64,000 bases of DNA. Source: Candidatus Omnitrophota bacterium. Its GTDB lineage: Bacteria; Omnitrophota; Gorgyraeia; Duberdicusellales; 4484-171. Made by a program: the position numbers and the translations under genes. A model generated the notes under the pieces. It ran no database searches and had not been told where the DNA came from. It saw nothing but the letters and a program-made list of their open reading frames with translations. Shown in pieces: positions 17,042 to 24,483 of this stretch (the stretch's first letter is position 1; the number at the start of each line of letters is the position of its first letter). Location of the stretch: contig CP070684.1 in assembly GCA_020352775.1 (NCBI GenBank), positions 370,631 through 434,630 on the forward strand, given 5' to 3'.

Positions 17042-17068
17042 CCCGCCCTTAAACGGGGCGGGTTTTTT
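17042..17068 (+). terminator. Rho-independent terminator after tRNA-Gln
   Basis: CCCGCCC (17042-17048) pairs with GGGCGGG (17056-17062), and TTTTTT follows (17063-17068). Confidence 0.75.
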
Positions 17069-17112
17069 ATTGTTGGTTGTAATAAAGAGAGTAGAGCCAG
17101 TAAATAATTTGC

Positions 17113-17141
17113 TTGCAAATATTAGGTAAGCGTGATATACA
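17113..17141 (+). promoter_or_regulatory. Putative promoter of the nifU-nifS operon
   Basis: TTGCAA (17113-17118), 17-nt spacer, TATACA (17136-17141), 27 nt before the nifU ATG. Confidence 0.4.
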
Positions 17142-17167
17142 AATCTTTATAGCCTCAAGGATAAGCT

Positions 17168-18028
17168 ATGTGGGATTATTCCGAAAAAGTAAAAGAATTG
17201 TTTAAGAATCCCCGTAATGTGGGGGAAATCGAAAACCCTGATGCCATAGGGGAAGTGGGTAGTATTATCTGCGGAGATGCTCTGCGCCTTACCCTTCGTA
17301 TCGATAAGAAAACAGACACTATAATCGATGCTAAATTCCAGACCTTTGGCTGTGCCAGCGCAATTGCCTCTTCCTCAGCCCTTACTGAGATGATTAAGGG
17401 CCTTACCATAGAACAGGCATCCAAGGTTACCAATAAAGACATTGCTGATTATCTTGGGGGGTTACCGGAGGAGAAGATGCATTGTTCTGTGATGGGTATG
17501 GAGGCATTAGAGGCAGCGATTGCTAATTATCGGGGAGCACCTTTTAAAAGAGAAATGGTGGGCGAGGAGCAAATCGTCTGTAAATGCTTTAGCGTGACCG
17601 ATAAAAAGATAATCCGGGCCATAAAGGAAAATAATTTAAAGACTGTTGAAGAAGTTACCAATTACACCAAAGCCGGAGGAGGGTGCGGTAAGTGTAAGCC
17701 TGAGATAGAGAAGCTTCTTAAGGAATTCTGGGAGAAAGAAGCCACTAAACCTACCGAAAAAATACTGAAGAAAAAACTTACTAATTTAGAAAGAATCTCA
17801 CTGGTCAAGGAGACTATCGAACGAGAAATACGCCCCAAACTTAAAGCAGATGGGGGAGATTTAGAGCTGGTGGATATAGACCGTAATAAAGTATATGTGA
17901 AGTTTTTGGGCACATGCTTAGGTTGTCCCCGCACAGGATTTACCTTGAAAGCATTGGTAGAATCAAAATTAAGGGAATTTGTAGAAGAAGACATTGTTGT
18001 GGAAGAGGTCAAGGAATGGAAAAAGTAG
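17168..18028 (+). CDS. nifU: Three-domain NifU Fe-S scaffold (IscU-like, BFD-like 2Fe-2S, Nfu C-terminal)
   Basis: The IscU-type Cys triad sits in GSIICGD, FGCASAIASS and MHCSVMG. The central module is CKCF...GGGCGKCK and the C-terminal module is GTCLGCP. Confidence 0.9.
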   Translation: MWDYSEKVKELFKNPRNVGEIENPDAIGEVGSIICGDALRLTLRIDKKTDTIIDAKFQTFGCASAIASSSALTEMIKGLTIEQASKVTNKDIADYLGGLPEEKMHCSVMGMEALEAAIANYRGAPFKREMVGEEQIVCKCFSVTDKKIIRAIKENNLKTVEEVTNYTKAGGGCGKCKPEIEKLLKEFWEKEATKPTEKILKKKLTNLERISLVKETIEREIRPKLKADGGDLELVDIDRNKVYVKFLGTCLGCPRTGFTLKALVESKLREFVEEDIVVEEVKEWKK

Positions 18029-19194
18029 TTTACGTAGATAATAACGCAACTACTGCTGTGGCACCTGAAGTTTTCGAGGCAATGAAGCCCTTTTTAACGG
18101 AGCGCTATGGAAACCCTTCCAGTATGCATGTCTTTGGCGGCAGTATTTATAAAGAGATTGAAAAGGCCCGTGAGAGTGTGGCTGATATTTTGGGAGCTAA
18201 TGAAACCTCTGAGATTATATTTACCAGTTGTGGCACGGAAAGTGACAATACCGCCATTATCGGAACTTTAAGGTCTTATCCCGATAAAAAACATATCATA
18301 ACTACAAAAGTAGAACACCCCGCGGTTTTTAACTTATGCAAGTATTTAGAGGCAACCGGATATAGAGTTACTTACCTTAACGTTGATGGTGAAGGGATGA
18401 TAGATTTAAACGAGCTTCAAGGCGTGATTGATAATGACACTGCTATTATTTCTATAATGTATGCTAATAATGAGACCGGTGTAATTTTTCCCATTGAGGA
18501 AATTGCCGAAATAGCAAGATTAAGAGGGGCAGTGCTTCACACCGATGCGGTACAGGCAGTAGGAAAAATACCCTTTAGATTAACCCAGCTTCCCTTAGAC
18601 TTTTTATCTTTGTCTGGACATAAGCTCCATGGTCCAAAAGGTGTGGGAGCTATTTATGTGCGAAAAGGCACAAAATTTACTCCGTTTTTAATCGGAGGGC
18701 ATCAAGAAAATAGTAGGCGGGGAGGCACAGAAAATGTGGCTTCTATCATAGGATTGGGCCTAGCTTGTCAGCTGGCAAAGAAAGCCATGGAAAAAGAAAT
18801 GACAGCGGTAAGGAAATTACGCGATAAGTTGGAAAATGCTATTTTAGAGAAAATACCCCATACAAGAGTAAATGGAAACAAAGAAAAACGTCTTCCCAAT
18901 ACTAGCAATATCGGATTTGAGTTTGTGGAGGGGGAGTCTATTTTGCTTAAGCTTGATGAGAAGGGTATCGCGGCCTCTTCTGGTTCAGCCTGTACTTCTG
19001 GTTCTTTGACCCCTTCACATGTATTAAGAGCAATGGGAATACCTTTTACCTTTGTTCAGGGCTCAATCCGTTTTAGTTTAAGCCGCTACAATAGCGAAAA
19101 AGACATAGATTATATTGTTAAGTGTATGCCTGCAATGATAGAGAAGTTAAGAGAGATATCTCCCTATGGGAAAAAGGGAGGCTTGAGCGTTTGA
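18016..19194 (+). CDS. nifS: Cysteine desulfurase NifS (class V aminotransferase)
   Basis: MEKVVYVDNNATT is a typical N-terminus. PLP lysine motif SGHKLHGPKGVG and catalytic loop SSGSACTSG are present. The start overlaps nifU by 13 nt, and the track start 17914 is an upstream out-of-context extension. Confidence 0.9.
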   Translation: MEKVVYVDNNATTAVAPEVFEAMKPFLTERYGNPSSMHVFGGSIYKEIEKARESVADILGANETSEIIFTSCGTESDNTAIIGTLRSYPDKKHIITTKVEHPAVFNLCKYLEATGYRVTYLNVDGEGMIDLNELQGVIDNDTAIISIMYANNETGVIFPIEEIAEIARLRGAVLHTDAVQAVGKIPFRLTQLPLDFLSLSGHKLHGPKGVGAIYVRKGTKFTPFLIGGHQENSRRGGTENVASIIGLGLACQLAKKAMEKEMTAVRKLRDKLENAILEKIPHTRVNGNKEKRLPNTSNIGFEFVEGESILLKLDEKGIAASSGSACTSGSLTPSHVLRAMGIPFTFVQGSIRFSLSRYNSEKDIDYIVKCMPAMIEKLREISPYGKKGGLSV

Positions 19195-19214
19195 TATAAA
19201 TTAAGGAGGAGAAA

Positions 19215-19427
19215 GTGAAGGAATGTAAGATTAATGAAAATAAAAAGAGATGCAATTGTAGCTATGAGCCCTGCGGTAAAAAGGGCATCTGTTGTGATTG
19301 TATTCAGTATCATTTCTCTAGTGGTCAATTTCCTGCCTGTTTTTTCCCTTCTGATGTGGAAAAGACCTATGACCGCTCCATAGAGAATTTCATTAAAACC
19401 TACCAAAAAAGAGGCCCCTGGTGGTAA
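19215..19427 (+). CDS. Small Cys-rich protein (70 aa); I recall the family as DUF6485-like, unverified
   Basis: GTG start after AAGGAGG. Eight Cys occur within [31 protein letters not shown]. It lies 20 nt after nifS. Confidence 0.5.
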   Translation: MKECKINENKKRCNCSYEPCGKKGICCDCIQYHFSSGQFPACFFPSDVEKTYDRSIENFIKTYQKRGPWW

Positions 19428-19566
19428 AACCCTTGGTTTAAGCCAAAAGACCCCCCTAGATACAGTATATTTTGTTCAAAATAGCCTGATTTTACGTTGA
19501 CTTTTCTTATTATAAGATGTTATTATTCAAATAGAGAGGGGTTATACTGTCTAAAGGGGGGAGGCA

Positions 19567-21693
19567 ATGGCTAAGGTATCATTCCCCAGAAAAGTAAGGA
19601 AAAGAGATGGCTCTGTAGCAAAGTTCGATAGAAAGAAAATCGAACGCGCCATAGAAAAAGCTGCTTATCAAGTCCTGCCAGAAAAATCAAAAGCAAATAT
19701 CATCGCCAAAAGAATCACTAATATCGTAGTCTCAAGAATAGAAGACATCTATAAAAACAAAATTCCTGCCATTGAATCCATCCAGGATATGGTCGAGGCT
19801 GTACTTATGAGTGAGGGCTATAACCATATCGCTAAGTGCTTTATGCTTTATCGGCAAGAGCGCAGCCAAATTCGCATGGCAAAATCTGTCCTGGGAGTTA
19901 AAGACGATTTGAAATTACCCATAAATAGCATGGCGGTTCTAAAGAAGCGTTATCTCCTAAAGGATGAAAAGCAGAACATAATCGAGACCCCCAGTGAGCT
20001 TTTCCGCAGGGTCGCCTCGCATCTGGTAAAGGCTGAAAAGAATTTTAAATCTCCTATATCCAGTCAAGAAGTAGAGGAAAAATTTTATCACATGATGAGG
20101 AACTTAGAATTTATGCCTAATTCTCCCACCCTTATGAATGCAGGAACTTCTCTGGGCCAACTCGCGGCTTGTTTTGTCCTTCCCATAGAAGATTCTATGG
20201 ATGGGATATTTAAGGCCTTACATCACATGGCTAAAATCCATCAGAGCGGAGGAGGCACGGGATTTAGTTTTTCCCAGCTGCGGCCTAAAGGAGATATTGT
20301 GAGTTCAACAAAAGGCGAAGCTTCTGGTCCGCTGTCATTTATGAGTGTATTTGATAAGGCTACTGAAGTGATTGTGCAAGGGGGTAGGCGTCGCGGGGCT
20401 AATATGGGAATTTTAAGATGTGATCACCCTGATATTGTGGAATTTATTGAAGCCAAAAGTGAAAGGGCCGCGTTTTCGAATTTTAATATCTCAGTGGCTG
20501 TCACTGATAAGTTTATGGAGGCAGTAAACAAAGATAGAGATTTTGATTTAATCAATCCCAAGACCAAAAAAAGAACAAAAACAATTAAGGCTAAATCACT
20601 TTTTGATCTTATTGTCAATGCTGCCTGGCGCAGTGGAGATCCAGGCCTTATATTTCTGGATGAAATAAACAGAAAGAACCCCCTTCCTAAACTGGGAAGA
20701 ATTGAAGCAACTAATCCCTGCGGAGAACTGCCGCTTCTTCCTTATGAGAGTTGTAATCTAGCATCGATAAATCTATCTAAAATGGTTGTAGAAGGATCTT
20801 TAGATTGGGGGAAGTTACGAGAGACTGTGTTTTGGGGCATTAGGTTTTTAGACGATGTGATTGAGGTAAATAAATTTCCCTTGAGGCAGATAAAAGACAT
20901 CACGTTAGCCAATCGAAAAATAGGATTAGGAGTAATGGGATTTGCCGATATGTTGATAAAATTGGGCATTCCCTACACTTCAAAAGATGCAATTCGTTTT
21001 GCGCAAAAGCTAATGCGTTTTATCCATCGGGAGTCTTTGCATGCCTCAATGCTTTTGGCTAAAGAAAGAGGCCCCTTTCCTAATTTTAAAAAGTCAATTT
21101 ATGCCAAAAAGAATATAAAGTTGCGCAATGCCACCGTAAATACCATCGCTCCCACCGGTACAATCAGTATTATTGCAGGGTGTTCTTCTGGTATTGAGCC
21201 GCTTTTTGCGATAAGTTTTGTGCGCAATGTTCTTTCCGGAACAAAATTATTTGAGATTCACCCTATTTTCGAAGAGATTGTCAAGAAGAAGGGTTTAGAT
21301 ACCAAAGATATTCTTACTGCAATCGCGCAAAAAGGATCTTTGCAACAGATTCCCAAAATCCCTCCCGGCCTAAAACGGCTATTTGTCACTGCCTTTGATG
21401 TTGAGTGCCAGCAACATCTTCAAATCCAGGCTGCGTTTCAGGGTCATACCGACAACTCTGTTTCTAAAACCATAAATCTTTCACCTGAGGCTACGGTTGA
21501 GGATGTGCGAAAGATTTATTCTCTGGCACACAGTTTAAGATGTAAAGGTATCACTATCTATCGTTATGGTAGTAAGAAAGAGCAAGTGCTTTCTTTTGAT
21601 TACAAAAGAGAAAGCCAACAACCCCCTCTGAATCTAATTACAGTTGATTCCGAATATTCCGGAGGCTGTGTATTTGGGGAATGCCCCTTTTAA
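19567..21693 (+). CDS. nrdJ: Class II (adenosylcobalamin-dependent) ribonucleotide reductase with N-terminal ATP-cone
   Basis: ATP-cone VRKRDGSVAKFDRKKIERAI, active-site ATNPCGELPL...ESCNLASINL, and C-terminal Cys pair GGCVFGECPF. 708 aa. Confidence 0.9.
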   Translation: MAKVSFPRKVRKRDGSVAKFDRKKIERAIEKAAYQVLPEKSKANIIAKRITNIVVSRIEDIYKNKIPAIESIQDMVEAVLMSEGYNHIAKCFMLYRQERSQIRMAKSVLGVKDDLKLPINSMAVLKKRYLLKDEKQNIIETPSELFRRVASHLVKAEKNFKSPISSQEVEEKFYHMMRNLEFMPNSPTLMNAGTSLGQLAACFVLPIEDSMDGIFKALHHMAKIHQSGGGTGFSFSQLRPKGDIVSSTKGEASGPLSFMSVFDKATEVIVQGGRRRGANMGILRCDHPDIVEFIEAKSERAAFSNFNISVAVTDKFMEAVNKDRDFDLINPKTKKRTKTIKAKSLFDLIVNAAWRSGDPGLIFLDEINRKNPLPKLGRIEATNPCGELPLLPYESCNLASINLSKMVVEGSLDWGKLRETVFWGIRFLDDVIEVNKFPLRQIKDITLANRKIGLGVMGFADMLIKLGIPYTSKDAIRFAQKLMRFIHRESLHASMLLAKERGPFPNFKKSIYAKKNIKLRNATVNTIAPTGTISIIAGCSSGIEPLFAISFVRNVLSGTKLFEIHPIFEEIVKKKGLDTKDILTAIAQKGSLQQIPKIPPGLKRLFVTAFDVECQQHLQIQAAFQGHTDNSVSKTINLSPEATVEDVRKIYSLAHSLRCKGITIYRYGSKKEQVLSFDYKRESQQPPLNLITVDSEYSGGCVFGECPF

Positions 21694-21779
21694 TGATGTT
21701 TTTTCTTCCTATAGATCAAGTTAAGCTTCTTTTAAATCCACTGCTGCAATAATGATATAATTTTTAGAGAGTTATTGTT

Positions 21780-22529
21780 ATGTATGACCCATTAGAGCTA
21801 GCGGCTAAACTGGAAAATATTGTTGTTCAGGGAGATTTGCGCAAATATTACCGCCTTATTCGTAAAGACAGATGGTATGGCGGGATATGCACTTCAGATT
21901 GCGTGGGTTGTAATTTACGTTGTGTATTTTGCTGGAGCAGAAAAGTCCGGGAGAGCCCGCAGGAAAGCGGCACTTTTTATGCCCCCCAAGATATTTTCCA
22001 AGCTTTAACTAAATGTGCCAAAAGATATAATATTGGTCAATTGCGCATCAGCGGTAATGAACCTACCATAGGAAAAGCGCATTTATTTGAAGTCCTTAAA
22101 TTGATAGATACAACTCCATACAGGTTTATCTTAGAGACCAATGGAACTCTTATTGATAAGGATTACGCAGAGGAATTGGCGAAATTTAAGAATCTTCATG
22201 TGCGAGTTTCTATTAAAGGCACAAACCCTCAGGAATTTTCACGCCTTAGCGGTGCATATCCAGAATCTTATCAGTTGCAATTGAATGCATTGAAAAATTT
22301 ATCAGAAGAAAGAGTGAGTTTTCATCCTGCAATAATGCTTTCATTTTCAACTTTGCAGGACATAAAGCAATTCAAGTCAGCACTTAGAGAAATTCACCCC
22401 TCCTTGGAAAATAGCCTAGAAGAAGAATATGTGTTTTTATATCCCCAGGTTGCAAAACAGCTAAAGAAAGCTGGCATAAAACCCACCATTTCTTATGGAC
22501 CGCGTAACATCCCTGAGGAATTAATTTGA
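21780..22529 (+). CDS. Radical SAM protein of unknown function (COG5014-like by memory)
   Basis: RWYGGICTSDCVGCNLRCVFCWS contains the CX3CX2C cluster motif plus an extra upstream Cys. It is followed by ISGNEPT and ETNGTL. 249 aa. Confidence 0.75.
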   Translation: MYDPLELAAKLENIVVQGDLRKYYRLIRKDRWYGGICTSDCVGCNLRCVFCWSRKVRESPQESGTFYAPQDIFQALTKCAKRYNIGQLRISGNEPTIGKAHLFEVLKLIDTTPYRFILETNGTLIDKDYAEELAKFKNLHVRVSIKGTNPQEFSRLSGAYPESYQLQLNALKNLSEERVSFHPAIMLSFSTLQDIKQFKSALREIHPSLENSLEEEYVFLYPQVAKQLKKAGIKPTISYGPRNIPEELI

Positions 22530-22634
22530 GAATAAACTTTTTATTTCAAACGAGATTCATTTGTTTTATAATTGTTTAGTGGTATAATTATTATTCAGTG
22601 TGGATAGTGGATAAAACTTTTTAGCCAGCCACTT

Positions 22635-23468
22635 ATGTTAGAAAACGCCGCAAAAGACTTTCTTACCGGATTTTATTCCAGAGAAGCCTTGAGTCCCTTT
22701 CTGACAAAATTAATGAGTGATGGTATCATTGACCAGAAGAGATTCTCTCTGGCCTTGGTGGATTTGGACCGCTTTAAAAAGTTCAATGATAAATATGGCC
22801 ATCTTTTTGGTGATGAGGTTTTAAAATACACTGCCGGAACGATGCGTCTGACTTTTCATGAAAATCCCAGTTTTTTATTTCGTTTCGGCGGAGATGAATT
22901 TATTGGTGTTTTCCCCGATAAAAGCCCTCCTGAGACACTTCATTTATTGCGTAAGTGCAATTACAACTTGTATCACCGCCCTTTTCTTTTCAAAGGAAAA
23001 TTTTACAGAATCAGTTTAAGCTGTGGTGTGGCTGGCTTTCCCGCTGATGCCAAGGATGCAAAAGATTTGATTCATAGAGCGGATAAGGCTATGTATACTG
23101 CAAAGCGTTATGGCCGAAGCCTCGTTGCTTTGGCGGGGAAAAAGAATTACAGCATGAGATTGCGCCATCTCTTTGCAAGATTAAAAACTATCCTTATTGC
23201 TATTTTGATTGCATTTATGTTTTATCATTTCGCTTTGGGGAAACTGTCTAAGCTGGTCGGTAGCGCAGCGCGTTATACAATGCCCGGAAATTTAGATGAA
23301 ATAATGCTAGTAGACGGCAGGGTATATCAAGGATACATATTAGAGGAGACCAGAGACAGGCTTGTGCTGGATTTATATTTAAGCACAGTCCTTTTTAATA
23401 AATCAGAAATAGCCAAGATAAAATACCACCAAGAAAACCTTAATCCCGGCCGGATCTTGCGACCGTAA
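22635..23468 (+). CDS. Diguanylate cyclase (GGDEF) with C-terminal TM helix and about 80-aa extra domain
   Basis: DFLTGFYSR, intact FGGDEFIGVF, and DKAMYTAKRYGRS are present. The TM helix is LKTILIAILIAFMFYHFALG. No RxxD I-site is visible upstream of GGDEF. Confidence 0.8.
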   Translation: MLENAAKDFLTGFYSREALSPFLTKLMSDGIIDQKRFSLALVDLDRFKKFNDKYGHLFGDEVLKYTAGTMRLTFHENPSFLFRFGGDEFIGVFPDKSPPETLHLLRKCNYNLYHRPFLFKGKFYRISLSCGVAGFPADAKDAKDLIHRADKAMYTAKRYGRSLVALAGKKNYSMRLRHLFARLKTILIAILIAFMFYHFALGKLSKLVGSAARYTMPGNLDEIMLVDGRVYQGYILEETRDRLVLDLYLSTVLFNKSEIAKIKYHQENLNPGRILRP

Positions 23469-23590
23469 AAATAGTTCCCTTAAAAATTCCATCAAATTTG
23501 CTTAAAGCAAAAAGACAAAAAATCTCCTTAACAATTGCAAAAGATTATTTGAGCAAGGAGGTTGTTTTCGACTGGATTTTTTAACTTCTA

Positions 23591-23896
23591 TTAGAAGTTT
23601 TTTCTGAATCCGAATGACCTTCTTTGTTCAAAACGGGGTTTTTGCTTGCGAGCTTTATTTACTTTAAGCTTTCTTCCTTTGACTTCTAATCCGTCCAGAG
23701 CCTCAATTGCTTGATTGAGCGCTTCATCAGTCTCGAATTCCGCAAAACCGAATCCTTTTGATCTGCCGCTGTCTCTGTCTTTAATTACTTTTACTTCCTT
23801 TACCTGTATTCCTTTTTCTTCAATTATACCCTTAAGTTCTTCTTCTGTTACACTATACTCTAAATTACCCAGGTATGCCTTTTTTTCTTCTTCCAT
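23591..23896 (-). CDS. RRM-type RNA-binding protein
   Basis: RNP2 is AYLGNL and RNP1 is KGFGFAEF, with an R/K-rich tail. A GGAG SD lies upstream. Confidence 0.9.
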   Translation of the reverse strand: MEEEKKAYLGNLEYSVTEEELKGIIEEKGIQVKEVKVIKDRDSGRSKGFGFAEFETDEALNQAIEALDGLEVKGRKLKVNKARKQKPRFEQRRSFGFRKNF

Positions 23897-23940
23897 TTTC
23901 CCTTTCTCCTTTTAAAAAAATTTCACATCAACTGAACCCT

Positions 23941-24108
23941 TTAATATCTTTTTTTCTTCTTTACATTCTTCCTCCTTTTTTGCGACGGTTTGGTATAGTA
24001 TTGTCTTTCTCTGAATTCCTTGACGATTCTTTCCTTTTTACACTGCATCCGAAACTTCTTTAGTGCCTTATCAAAATCTTCCTTTTTTTCTATCTTTACT
24101 TCTGCCAT
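23941..24108 (-). CDS. rpsU: 30S ribosomal protein S21
   Basis: MAEVKIEKKEDFDKALKKFR... with a K/R-rich tail. The ATG at 24108 lies 8 nt after AAGGAG. The track start 24135 adds 9 non-conserved residues. Confidence 0.85.
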   Translation of the reverse strand: MAEVKIEKKEDFDKALKKFRMQCKKERIVKEFRERQYYTKPSQKRRKNVKKKKRY

Positions 24109-24227
24109 AACCCACACTCCTTTTTCGGAATGCATTGTATCATGAAAGGCCTAAATTTGGCAAGAAAATAATTTATATTCGCAGAAAATGAGGGTTTTTC
24201 TTTAAAAATAGGACAATTGTTAGGGCT

Positions 24228-24258
24228 TAAAATAAAAACAGGGGGCTCCTCGCCCCCT
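24228..24258 (-). terminator. Orphan intrinsic terminator on the - strand, upstream of rpsU
   Basis: The minus strand reads AGGGGGC-GAGGA-GCCCCCT followed by GTTTTTATTTT. No - strand CDS lies upstream of it. Confidence 0.5.
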
Positions 24259-24483
24259 TGGCTTAGCTGATCCCAAACCCAAGTTATCTAAATATAACAT
24301 GAAAGAGATTATTTTTTCAAGGCAAAATGACGAATTTACGGAACCGTTTTCAAGCAGAAGGTAATTTGTTGTGTTTTAACTAAAGGGGTGTTGTCGATAT
24401 AAAATAAAGAAGTATAATAAAGATGTGTTGATTGGGTTAGCTTGGTGTCTTTAATTTGTAAAATTCTATCTATCAATAATTAA

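Noticed and set aside
16894-17062. Similar CCCGCC-TT-AA-GGG strings on both sides of tRNA-Gln (16896-16910 and 17042-17058) as possible att-like direct repeats
   Set aside because: The downstream copy is simply the terminator stem-loop. The upstream copy is short and imperfect and does not include tRNA sequence, so coincidence is likely.
7870-17068. Integrated mobile element or prophage remnant (excisionase-like HTH genes, tail-fibre-like gene, adjacent tRNA-Gln)
   Set aside because: No integrase, recombinase, transposase, capsid, terminase or baseplate genes are present. I could not find by eye a direct repeat of the tRNA-Gln 3' end near 7.9 kb. The fibre and giant proteins carry Sec signals, which argues for cellular surface proteins. 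A foreign origin for parts of the block is still possible.
19428-19566. Cobalamin riboswitch or NrdR box upstream of the B12-dependent RNR
   Set aside because: The 139-nt region is AT-rich with no B12-box-like GC-rich core. I saw no convincing 16-bp NrdR-type palindrome, only a possible TTGACT -35-like hexamer and an SD.
23469-23590. Bidirectional terminator between the convergent GGDEF and RRM genes (TTTGCT-taa-AGCAAA)
   Set aside because: It is only a 6-bp AT-rich stem with a 3-nt loop and weak flanking T-runs. That is too weak to call.
24222-24302. 26-aa minus-strand ORF (MLYLDNLGLGSAKPRGRGAPCFYFKP) spanning the orphan terminator
   Set aside because: It has no SD, and its coding potential is explained by the hairpin sequence itself. 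It is treated as non-coding.
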